From positions 992,001-1,056,000 of the forward strand of contig CAVVMW010000006.1 of NCBI GenBank assembly GCA_963749495.1: DNA of 64,000 nucleotides, in the 5' to 3' direction. Under the pieces are notes generated by a model. That model was not told the origin of the DNA. It saw only the letters and a program-made list of their open reading frames with translations, and searched no databases. Source of the DNA: an uncultured bacterium. GTDB lineage: Bacteria > Verrucomicrobiota > Verrucomicrobiia > Limisphaerales > UBA8199. This document shows, piece by piece, positions 11,280-20,429 of this stretch. How positions within the stretch are numbered: the stretch's first letter is position 1; each line of letters opens with the position of its first letter. The translations under genes and the position numbers were made by a program.

Positions 11280-12866
11280 TTGAAACCGCAGTCGGCGAGA
11301 CGAACCCGCACACAGATGCGGGCGCTTGGAAACGCGAGAACGAAGTCCTTAGGGCAGGTTCCCACGCCGCGCCCGGTGGCGCAACTGATGGCCCGGTGGG
11401 TTATGTCGCGAAGGCCAGCCACCGTGTTGGACCCTGCCGCAGGCCTGGGAAGTCTGCTCCACGAGTGCCACCGCCTGGACCACGACGCAAAGTTTGTAGG
11501 GGTTGAGCGCGACTCGGAGACGCTGCTGCAGGCCAGGAGCGCAGCGCCTCGTGGTACAAAACTTGTCCTTGCCGACTACCTCCTTTCCGACACCGGGCAA
11601 TTTCAGGGCATTATTGCCAACCCACCCTACGTCAAAGCCCACCGGCTCGATTATCCCAAAGGCACTTGGCGCACCTTCGAAGAGCGCCTCGGCACGCCCT
11701 TGGACCGCCTGACAAACCTATACGCTCTGTTTCTCCTCAAGATCTGGGAGGACCTCGCGCCACAGGGCCGCGCTGCCGTAATCCTGCCAGCCGAATTCCT
11801 CAATGCCAACTTCGGCGAGGAGATTAAGGAACGACTGCTGAAGGCCTTGCGGCCACCCGGCATCGTGGTCTTCAACCCCACGCTGAATCTTTTCGACCAG
11901 TCGCTGACAACCAGCGCCATCGTTTTTCTTGAGAAAGGCCGCCCCAAATCGGCTCCCTGCAAGCTGATCAAGGCCGACACTCTTCCGGAGGCGGAAGCAT
12001 TTCTCTGCGCCCTCGTCACCGGCTCGACTTCCGGCCTGGGCAACATCTGCCGCAACCTGGACTCTTTCAAGCCTGGCGGCAAGTGGCTCAATGCGCTGCT
12101 GAACGCCCCCCTCGTGGGTGAGAGGGTCACCCTGCCGAAAGTTATCGGTGACTACTTCGATTGCCGGCGCGGAATCGCCACCGGAGCGAACGACTTCTTT
12201 TGCCTGAGCAAGTCCGGCCTCCACGAAAACGGCCTCGACCTGGCCCATGTGGACCCCTGTATTGCAAAGGCGACGGATGCCACAGGGCTCGTTTTTACCC
12301 CGGAGAAATTTGGCGCCCTCGCCGCCTCTGATCGCAGGTGCTATCTGCTCAACCCGCGCCACAACGGCCCGAGCCTGGCTGCCTACCTCCGGATCGGTGA
12401 ACGCTCGGGCATTCCGAAACGTCATCTGCCGAGCCACCGGCCCGTGTGGTACTTGCCAGAGAACCGCCCGGTGGCAGACGTATGGGTTGCGGTCTTCTCG
12501 CGTGAATCAGTCAAATTCATCCTCAACACTTCGGGCGCCAAAAACCTCACGTGCTTCCACGGACTTTACGCGAAACCAGGCCACAAAGCCAAAGCGCCCC
12601 TTGCCACCCTTTACCTTAACAGCTCATGGGGGCGAGAGGCATTCTCGCAGGTCAACCGCTTCTATGGTGACGGCTTGAACAAGCTTGAGCCCAAAGATGT
12701 TGAAGCGCTTCCCTGTCCCGTGCTACCCGACCCACCGAATGAACAGGCGGAAGCAATTGTGCAACGGCTGACTCAGCTTGACTTGCTCTCCTTATCCGAG
12801 CGCAGCGCAAGAATTGATGAGATGCTTCCAACACTTATCAACCTGCCCGCCCGCCAACGCTCCTAA
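11280..12866 (+). CDS. Type II N6-adenine DNA methyltransferase (gamma class)
   Basis: Motif I VLDPAAGLG, motif IV IANPPY, NLYALF, RGIATGANDFF; convergent with the endonuclease. Confidence 0.9.
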   Translation: MKPQSARRTRTQMRALGNARTKSLGQVPTPRPVAQLMARWVMSRRPATVLDPAAGLGSLLHECHRLDHDAKFVGVERDSETLLQARSAAPRGTKLVLADYLLSDTGQFQGIIANPPYVKAHRLDYPKGTWRTFEERLGTPLDRLTNLYALFLLKIWEDLAPQGRAAVILPAEFLNANFGEEIKERLLKALRPPGIVVFNPTLNLFDQSLTTSAIVFLEKGRPKSAPCKLIKADTLPEAEAFLCALVTGSTSGLGNICRNLDSFKPGGKWLNALLNAPLVGERVTLPKVIGDYFDCRRGIATGANDFFCLSKSGLHENGLDLAHVDPCIAKATDATGLVFTPEKFGALAASDRRCYLLNPRHNGPSLAAYLRIGERSGIPKRHLPSHRPVWYLPENRPVADVWVAVFSRESVKFILNTSGAKNLTCFHGLYAKPGHKAKAPLATLYLNSSWGREAFSQVNRFYGDGLNKLEPKDVEALPCPVLPDPPNEQAEAIVQRLTQLDLLSLSERSARIDEMLPTLINLPARQRS

Positions 12867-13774
12867 GGGAAACTGAATTCCACGAGGACGCGGCGCATAT
12901 TGGCTGCGTCGAGTACGAATCCGCCACCCTGTGGTACGACATACGCGTCATGCCGTCCCAACGCGGTCACCCGGTGCTCGGCGGCGAACGTAGGCAGATC
13001 CGTGCCGCGCCCCACCTGCACACCCGCCGTAATTGGAAGCATGATAGTAGCCTTTTCCTGACTCTTCTCTGGTGTCTCAATAGTGTAGCCCTCGCCACTG
13101 GCGATAGCCTCGAATATATCGAGGAAGTTAATCGCAAAAATCGAATCGAAAAACACCTGGCAATAAGCCTGCGGCACGCGATTTCGCTCCAACCACCGGA
13201 ACACGATCACTAGGTCCTCAACCTTCACCGTGAAGCTTGGTGTCTCACGTCCGGAAGCATTTCCCGCCTCGCGCTGCTGTTGCCGGACGGCCATATAAGT
13301 CAGCGCCTCGAACTTGCTCGACCTGACCTCTATAGCAGCGTCCGCCTGCTGCACAAGAGCCTCAGCTTGCGCTTGTGGCCGCTCAGAAAGGTCTGCCGCT
13401 ACGCCGAGCCGTGCCGGGAATAGAAGCAAATCCGGCCGCTTTCCCGTTAACCGCGTCTCCTCGAGTCCAGCGAAGTAGCGCCCCCTGAATTCCGGGTGTC
13501 CCGCTGCGATGCGGTCAGTATTGCCGTACTGCGCCACGGTCCAATCCGGAAAGGCCGCACGAAGCGCACCCGTGAGCATCCGCTCAGCCCAATCCCCCAT
13601 GGCCCGGTTTGCCAGGAACTCGGAGCGCGCGTCCGTTGGCACCGTTGGCCTCCGCTGCGGCCGGGCCCCAGCGCCGCCAAAAGCAAGGCGGTCCGCGTTT
13701 ATCCCGTTTTCTGTCAAATGGGCAACAACGCCCTCCAGCGTACCCTGCAAGTGTTGAAAATACGCCTCGTTCAT
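12863..13774 (-). CDS. Type II restriction endonuclease, AccI-like
   Basis: FLANRAMGDWAE, KRPDLLLF, AIEVRSS, TPSFTVKVEDL and QVFFD resemble the AccI family; adjacent to MTase and C protein. Confidence 0.75.
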   Translation of the reverse strand: MNEAYFQHLQGTLEGVVAHLTENGINADRLAFGGAGARPQRRPTVPTDARSEFLANRAMGDWAERMLTGALRAAFPDWTVAQYGNTDRIAAGHPEFRGRYFAGLEETRLTGKRPDLLLFPARLGVAADLSERPQAQAEALVQQADAAIEVRSSKFEALTYMAVRQQQREAGNASGRETPSFTVKVEDLVIVFRWLERNRVPQAYCQVFFDSIFAINFLDIFEAIASGEGYTIETPEKSQEKATIMLPITAGVQVGRGTDLPTFAAEHRVTALGRHDAYVVPQGGGFVLDAANMRRVLVEFSFP

Positions 13775-13989
13775 CGTTTCTTCTCGCTGAAGGTGAACAA
13801 ATCCCGAACCTCCACCTTGAGGACTTTCGCGAAGGTCTCCAATCCTCCAACAGAAGGCGCGTTCACGCCGCGCTCGACCAAGCTGATAAACTCAACCGAG
13901 CAGCCGACACCTTCTGCCAACTGTTCCTGGGCGAGTTCCCTCGCCCGGCGCAGTTCCGCGATTCGGCGTCCGAGTTTTTTCTGAAGCAT
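13771..13989 (-). CDS. XRE-family HTH controller (C) protein
   Basis: 72 aa, LGRRIAELRR..QEQLAE..ISLVERG; overlaps the endonuclease start. Confidence 0.85.
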   Translation of the reverse strand: MLQKKLGRRIAELRRARELAQEQLAEGVGCSVEFISLVERGVNAPSVGGLETFAKVLKVEVRDLFTFSEKKR

Positions 13990-14038
13990 GTCGTTTAACT
14001 ACCACCCCTGGCGCTCCCATGCCACGGAGCTAAACTAC
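13990..14038 (-). promoter_or_regulatory. Two putative C-boxes upstream of the controller gene
   Basis: GTCGTTTAACTAC (13990-14002) and GGAGCTAAACTAC (14026-14038), near-palindromes of GTAGTT-W-AACTAC. Confidence 0.6.
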
Positions 14039-14169
14039 GGGTGTCCGCTCCTAGCGCGTGGCCTTGCAACTCCTGAGTGCTCCCGGAGGCCGCCCTGATG
14101 CGCAGCCTAAGAGGGGTGAAGAACGAGAGACCGCGAAAGGGGTCTCAGTATCATGCGGTGTCTTCGAAG

Positions 14170-14647
14170 GGCACCCCCCGGCAACCTCCTTTCTCAAGCT
14201 GCCGCCGATGCCGATGGCGATGGCGCTGACAACTGGCACGAGTACCTCGCCGGCACCGACCCCCACCGACCCCAACTCCTGCCTCCGCGTCTCCACCCTC
14301 CAACCCCTCTCCGCCCCGGGCACCAACTGCATTGTCCGATGGCCCAGCGTCGCCGGCAAACAATACATCGTCGAATCCTCCCCCTCCCTCTGGCCCCCCA
14401 ACTGGACCCCGTCTCCACCAACTCCGGCTCCGGCGCCGACTTGGAATTCCAAGACACCTCCAGCGGGACGGTAAGCTTCTACCGCGTCCGCCTCGCCCAG
14501 TGACTCCGGGCCCCGCCGCATCATCGCGGCCAGGGGAGATGGCAGAAAAATGTGACGGCAGAAAGATAAATGCCTGCACATGCTCCTGCCCGGCCCAAAG
14601 GGCAGGCAGAACCTGGCCCAAGGCTGAGGCCGCCAGGCCGATGCCCT
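14170..14647 (+). pseudogene. Direct repeat copy B: duplicated 3' end of the surface-protein gene plus downstream DNA
   Basis: Matches 10580-11051 with a few substitutions and indels. Confidence 0.9.
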
Positions 14648-14677
14648 GCTGCACCAGACTTTGGATGATTTTGGTGT

Positions 14678-14758
14678 CTTTGTCGCAGCCTTTGTCGCAA
14701 CCTTTGTCGAGCTCATCCGGATTTCGACAAAGGTTTCGACAAAGGCTGCGACAAAGGT
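14678..14758. repeat. CCTTTGTCG hairpin element copy 3
   Basis: Triple inverted repeat; followed by GAAAGTCACTCAA as in copy 1. Confidence 0.9.
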
Positions 14759-14842
14759 CCTGAAAGTCACTCAAGGTCCGGTGCCGTAGGCCTCAGCCCT
14801 GGGCTGGGTTCTTGCGGCGCGTGGGCCGCTTTGCACACCTGC

Positions 14843-16330
14843 TCAACTGCCCGGGCGCGGTCGCGCGGTGTTGAAGGGGATGTAGAACAATCGCACGCGG
14901 CTGCCGGCGGGGCCGGCTTGGTGCTGGTAGAGACCGAAAAAGGCGGAGACCCGGGTCGAGTCGGCGGTGGTCTGGCGTCGGCAGAAGTTCCAGAGCAGAG
15001 ATTGGCTGGCGGCGCCGGTCCTGGGGTTTTTCTCGGCGCGCCAGAACGAATAGAGCGGGGCGTATTCACGCTCGATGCTCGGGTTGTCGGGGAAGAACGG
15101 TTCGAGGATGCCGAGGACCTGGAGGCGGCGGTTGCCGCTGGCTTCGCGATGGAAGGTGAAGAAGGGCCAGAGGTCAACCCGCCGGCCGGAGCGCCCGGTC
15201 TCGGTGCTCCTGGTGATCTGGTCGGAGTAGAGGAAGAACAGGATGCGGGTGCGGCGGCGGTCCAATGGAGGCGCGTGGATGCGCTGTAGCTTATAGACGG
15301 GCCAGAGATAGAAATCGCTGAGGAGGTTCGAGTTGTAGGAATGGCTGTAAAAGGGCCAGACGCGGGAGGTGTATTTGCCCCGGCCGCGGGCGAACTCGAC
15401 CAGGGGCCAGGGGGCTTGCCACTCGCGGTATTTCTTCTCGCGATCCTCGATGCGGGAGAAGAAGGGCCAGAGCACGGTAGTGGAATCGCGCTTGGGCGAG
15501 CGCAGCGTGCTGTAGGCGGGGATGAAACCCATTTGGTGCTCGGGATTGTCGCAGCCGATGCCAGAGTGCTGGTTGAAATAGATGGGCCAGAGCACGAAGC
15601 GCTTGTCGTGGCCCGGAATGGTCTCGACTTCGTTGAATCCGTTGGTGCGGGTGCTGATGTCCTTGTGCTCGTGGCCGGTGAAAGGCCAAAGCTGCCATCC
15701 GCGCAAGCCCCGCCCGTGCCGGAGGTGGAACAATGGGTAGAGATAATTGTCGGTCACCGCGTCTCCTTTGCGGGTCTCGCTGTAGGCGGGAAACATCACG
15801 TAGTAGATCTCGTCGCGAAACAGGCGGTTTTTCAGATGCCCATAAAAAGGGCCATAGGCGGTGTAGTCCTGGCTGGGGTCCGACGAGCGTTGCTGGAAAT
15901 AGAGCGGGAAGAGGGTGATGCGATGGCGTTCGTTCTCGTGCTGGGTCGGGCCGCCGGCGAAGCTGAGGAGCTGGAAGAAATGCCAACGGTACTGCCTGCC
16001 ATAGCGGACATACGACATTATCGGGTAGCCAAACCTCCATTCGCTCGAATCGGTTGCCGGATCGCTCGTCCCCCAGCAGAGGGGGGGCAGCGCCCAGGTC
16101 TTGCGCGACTCCTGTTGTTCCTTTTGGAAAAACGGGCCGGCAACCTCAGTGGCTTGGCCGGGCGCCAGCGTGAGGCTGAAATGGTCGTAGAGCGGCCCGG
16201 CATGGAGGGCCTCGCCAGCCAGCGTGGGCAGGGGAAGGAGCAGGAGCAAAGGAAACAGCGATAACGTTATTGGAACCTCGTTTCCCACTGAGAATACCCT
16301 CCTGAGATAAGTATTGACATTAAACCTCAT
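14843..16330 (-). CDS. Aromatic-rich repeat (LWPFY-type) probable outer-membrane protein; in frame with the upstream transporter
   Basis: C-terminal part of ORF 14843..19159 with its own signal-peptide-like segment (LSLFPLLLLLPLPTLA) and repeated xWPFY motifs. Confidence 0.55.
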   Translation of the reverse strand: MRFNVNTYLRRVFSVGNEVPITLSLFPLLLLLPLPTLAGEALHAGPLYDHFSLTLAPGQATEVAGPFFQKEQQESRKTWALPPLCWGTSDPATDSSEWRFGYPIMSYVRYGRQYRWHFFQLLSFAGGPTQHENERHRITLFPLYFQQRSSDPSQDYTAYGPFYGHLKNRLFRDEIYYVMFPAYSETRKGDAVTDNYLYPLFHLRHGRGLRGWQLWPFTGHEHKDISTRTNGFNEVETIPGHDKRFVLWPIYFNQHSGIGCDNPEHQMGFIPAYSTLRSPKRDSTTVLWPFFSRIEDREKKYREWQAPWPLVEFARGRGKYTSRVWPFYSHSYNSNLLSDFYLWPVYKLQRIHAPPLDRRRTRILFFLYSDQITRSTETGRSGRRVDLWPFFTFHREASGNRRLQVLGILEPFFPDNPSIEREYAPLYSFWRAEKNPRTGAASQSLLWNFCRRQTTADSTRVSAFFGLYQHQAGPAGSRVRLFYIPFNTARPRPGS

Positions 16331-16420
16331 TGCTCTAAGCTCGTTACAGAATTGAGGTTGTTGACCTTGGTTCCTCCCGAACCCAGCGTCGATCGTGCAT
16401 TGTTGGCGCTGGGTCGCTTC
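16314..16420 (+). ncRNA. Candidate antisense small RNA with promoter and terminal hairpin
   Basis: TTGACA(16314)-16 nt-TAAGCT in an AT-rich patch; stem ACCCAGCGTCGA/TTGGCGCTGGGT at 16381-16414. Confidence 0.35.
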
Positions 16421-19159
16421 ATCTTGGGGAGGCGTGGTGGGGGGACTCTGGAGGCTGGGGTGGCTGTAAAGCAGGCTCAGGAGCGCCGGCAGGGAGGTCA
16501 GGCCGGCTATCATGCAGGTGGCCAGGCCGGTGGACATAACATAGCCCAGGCTCTGGAGGCCCTGGTGCTTGCCCAGGACCAGGCTTCCGAAGCCGGCGAT
16601 GGTCGTCAGACCGGAGATGAACACGGCCTTGCCGGTGCTCCTGGCCAGGATGCCGGGGGTTTGCTCCTCCGCGTAGCGGTTGAGGATGTGGATGCCGTTG
16701 GTGACGCCAATCCCAATGACCAGCGGCAGGGTCATGATGTTGGCGGGGTTCAGAGGCACATTGAACAAGCCCATCAAGCCCGCCAGCCAGAGCGAGCCCA
16801 CAGCCACAGGCACCAGGGCGAGCACGATCGAGGAGACACTCCGGAAATGGAGCAGGATCAAAAGGACAATGGCAGCGAGCGAGTACTCGGCGGCCTCGAC
16901 GTAGCTCTGCTTGAGCAGGCTGGTGTATTCATAGAGCTGGACGGGCGTGCCGGTGACGTTCGGATCGATCTGCCGCAATTGGCTGATGAAGGTCTGCTGG
17001 TTTTCGCGTTTCCACACATCCTCCTTGGGATTGACCATGAGCAGGTACTTGCCCGTGACGCCCACGAAGCGATCGTGGAGGGCCTGGGGCAGGTCTTCGA
17101 CCCGCAATGGCGCGCTGCTGTTCTGGTTTTGGAGGGCCTGGAATGTGTCGTGGATGTCGTCGAAAAAGGCCTGCTGGAAGGCGCTGAGTTTTTGGGTGTT
17201 GGCTTCGAGGCGCTCGGGGCCGCCGGCCATGATCTCCTTGCGCAGGTCGCGGACCGCGCTGTGCAGCGAGGCGATTTGGCCCGCAATGGCGGGCTCGTTG
17301 GTCTGCACCTCGGCGTAGATGTTGCCCAGATAGCCGGAAAAGGAATAGAGCGTCCCGCTCAACTCCGTTATGTTGACCGGGTCGGAGGCGGCCTCAGGGA
17401 AGGCGATCGAGCAGAGGCTCTTCTTGATGTCGTCCACCAGGGCGAGCTTGCGGGTCTGGTCTCCAGCCATGAACCGGGTGAGGGAATCAATGCCGGAGAC
17501 GGAGGAAAGGTTGGTAATTTGGCTTTCGAGGGCGATGGCGTGTTCGAGGTTGGTCGCGATGACCGCGGCAAAGAGGACCAACTTGGGAGTGGCGTCGAAG
17601 AGTTTCTGCTCTAACTCGACCGCCGGGAGACCCTTGCTCTGCATGTGGAGCAGGTTGTAGTCGAAATAGACCTTATGGACCTGTGTGGCCGCCAGGCCGC
17701 AGAGGACCAGGATGACGATGAGGGTGCGCAGTGGTCGCCGCAGCCAGAGGTTCTCGATGCGGGCCCGGCGCGCATCCTGGTCGCCCAGGGCGTGGTCAAT
17801 AACGTTCTGCTTCCCGCGCAACAGGAGCACTGGGAGCATGGTCATCATGGGGATGAAACAGACCAGCAGTCCAAACCCGCAGATGAGGCCCATCTCCTGG
17901 ATGCCCTTGAAGTTGGTGAGGATCATGGCCAGGAAGGCGCCGGCGGTGGTGAAGGTCCCTGTGAAGATGCCCTGGCCGGTAAAGACCATGGCCTTGGCCA
18001 GCGCCGCCTGTTCGGAGCGGCCATGGCGCAGTTCCTCCTCGTAGCGGGAGATGAGATGCACCCCATAATCGATGGCCAGGCCGATGAGGATGGGGACGAA
18101 GGTGATCGTCAGGATGTTGAGGTGGCCCACCGGCCAGGGCAGGAACGTGAAGGCCAGCGTGTAGGCCAGGCCCACCAGCAGGCAGAGCGTGGCCTTGACC
18201 GGCCGGCCCGTCTCGTTGTAGCCATAGATGAAAATCAGGGCGCAGATTAGGAGAGAGGCGGCGCTGGCCAGGGAGGCGTCCTTCTTTGCCTGGGCCATCT
18301 CATCGTGGTCGAGCACCGGTTCGCCGGTGAGGCCCACATTGAGGCCCGGCACCTCCAAGCGGGTCTGCTCGACCAGCGCCCTCAGGCGCTCAACCGCCGC
18401 GTCGTTGAGCTCCTCGGTCGGGGCCTGGGCGGTCACCAGGAAGATGCGGCCCTTGGCGAAGGTGATATAGACATCGTGCTCGGGGTCATTCGTGGGATTG
18501 AACAGGGCGGTCACGCCGGGCGAGGGGGGCGTGCCCGCGCGGCGCAACGAGTCCCGGGCCTGGAGGACAATCCGCTCCAGGGCGGGCAGGGCTTTCATGA
18601 GCGCCTCGTTTTCGGCATTTTGCTCGCGTTTCGCCGTGCGGATCTGGGCGTTGATCATGTTGAAGAGCGAGACCAGGTTGGTCGTCTGCGCGAATTGCCG
18701 GATAAACGGCCGGTAATCCAGCAGCGTCTGTTTGAGGTCGCCCAACTCATCCTCTTTTAGAAACATCAGCGCCTTGGAGCCCAGCATCTTCAGGTCGCCC
18801 TTATAGAAGACGTCCTTGAACAGGTTGGTCTCGCCATCGAGCCGGGCGCCAAGCCGCTCGACGAATTGGCGGTTCTTCTCCGCGCTCTCGCTCTCCACCA
18901 CCACCACCAGGTCGTCCTGGGTGGGGAACTCCTTCTTGAACCGGAGGAAATTCTGGTGGTATTTCTTGTTGGAGCCCACCAGGTCGTCGCGCTTCATATC
19001 GAAGGCCTGGCCCCAGACGAGGCTCTTGACGATATAGACCGCGCACAGGGCGCAGACCAGGACCTGGGACCAGACAATCAACCCGCGCCGGCGCGACACC
19101 GCGCCCGCCATCCAGGCCAGACCCAGGGCCACGGGATTGTCGTCGGTCAGCCGCCTCAC
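16331..19159 (-). CDS. MMPL/RND transporter, HpnN-like
   Basis: Two MMPL halves: LTGEPVLD, GLAIDYGVHLISRYEEE, TGTPVQLYE, GIGVTNGIHI, SGLTTIAGFGSL; no in-frame stop before the next domain. Confidence 0.8.
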
Positions 19160-19899
19160 GCCTTCACCGCCTCGTCAGGAAACTCGGCGTTGGAATAGAC
19201 CTCTTTGACGTCGTCGTGGTCCTCGAGGGCATCGATGAGCCTGTTGACCCCGGACGCCGCCGCCTCGTCGGCCAAGGGCACGGTGACGGTGGGCAGTTCG
19301 GTGATGACCGCGGCATCGGCCTTGATCCCCTTGGCCTCGATCTGCTTGTGTACCGCCTCGAAATGGGCCGGGTCGGTGGTGATTTCGTAGCCCTGCGGGT
19401 CGGCCTTGAAGTCCTCCGCGCCGGCGTCCAGGGCTATCTCCATCAATTGGTCCTCGTTGGCGGCCTCGCGTGAGAGGATGATCTGGCCCTTGCGATGGAA
19501 GAGACGGGAGACCGACCCCTGGGTGGCCAGGGTGCCGCCGTTCTTGGTCACCACGCTCCGGATCTCCGAGGCGGTGCGGTTGCGGTTGTCCGTGCTGATC
19601 TCGATCAACAGCGCCACGCCGTGCGGCCCGAACACCTCGTAGGTCAGGTCCTCGAAATTGGCGGTCTCGCCCCCGCCCGTGCCTTTCTTGATGGCCCGCT
19701 CGATATTATCGTTGGGCATGTTGGCCGCGCGGCACTTGAGCAGCACCATCCGCAGCCTCGGGTTCATCCCCGCGTCGCCCCCGCCGATCTTGGCGGCGAT
19801 GGCGATTTCCTTGCTCAGCTTGGAAAAGAGCTTCCCCCGCTTGGCATCTACGGCCCCTTTGAAGTGCTTTACCTTTGCCCATTTGCTATGTCCAGACAT
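19156..19899 (-). CDS. yebC: YebC/PmpR family protein
   Basis: MSGHSKWAKVKHFKG, TDNRNRT, EDHDDVKEVYSN. Confidence 0.95.
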   Translation of the reverse strand: MSGHSKWAKVKHFKGAVDAKRGKLFSKLSKEIAIAAKIGGGDAGMNPRLRMVLLKCRAANMPNDNIERAIKKGTGGGETANFEDLTYEVFGPHGVALLIEISTDNRNRTASEIRSVVTKNGGTLATQGSVSRLFHRKGQIILSREAANEDQLMEIALDAGAEDFKADPQGYEITTDPAHFEAVHKQIEAKGIKADAAVITELPTVTVPLADEAAASGVNRLIDALEDHDDVKEVYSNAEFPDEAVKA

Positions 19900-19974
19900 G
19901 TTCGTGCTCCGTTCACTGGTTAATAGAATATCCGCTTCGTGCCGCTGCTGGCAACCCGCACGCCAGCGCCCCAG

Positions 19975-20035
19975 CCTCTGTCCTCTGTCCTCCGTCCTCC
20001 GTCCTCCGTCCTCCGTCCTCCGTCCTCCGCCCTCC
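19975..20035 (+). repeat. Heptamer array CCTCCGT/CCTCTGT
   Basis: About 8 tandem units; the reverse-complement unit recurs inside mfd. Confidence 0.9.
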
Positions 20036-20177
20036 GGCCCAGACACGCTCACAACAACCCAAATTGAACAGGATCTCGGCCTCCGAGAAAAAGGCTTATT
20101 TTTGTCTCTTGCCTGGGCTTGCCGCCCGGGGGCCTATGCGAGTGGAGCGAGCCAAAGCGCGGGCATGCCGCGGAGTC

Positions 20178-20348
20178 CAAGGCTGTTGACAAAGTTGTAG
20201 CGCAGGTTTCCAAACCTGCCGTATCGCGGGTTTCCAAACCCGCGGGCCGTCCGCAAACCGGGGGCGCTCGACATGCCGAGGCCCTGCCGATTGGAAATCG
20301 GCGATACAGCAGGTTTGGAAACCTGCGCTGCGACTTTGTCAATGGCCC
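20178..20348. mobile_element. MITE/REP-doublet-like palindromic element with 12-bp flanking direct repeat
   Basis: Ends TTGACAAAGT/ACTTTGTCAA; inner GTAGCGCAGGTTTCCAAACCTGC inverted pair; TGCCGCGGAGTC at 20166 and 20349. Confidence 0.7.
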
Positions 20349-20429
20349 TGCCGCGGAGTCAGTGAAAATGGAGTATTTTGTTGACGGCAGACGGGGCGTG
20401 TTGGAGTAATGACAATCTGATGTGAGTGG

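Noticed and set aside
19900..20052. N-terminal extensions of yebC, gnd (26122) and aroC (63742) in the ORF track
   Set aside because: Extensions run through repeat elements; conserved starts are at 19899, 26257 and 63607
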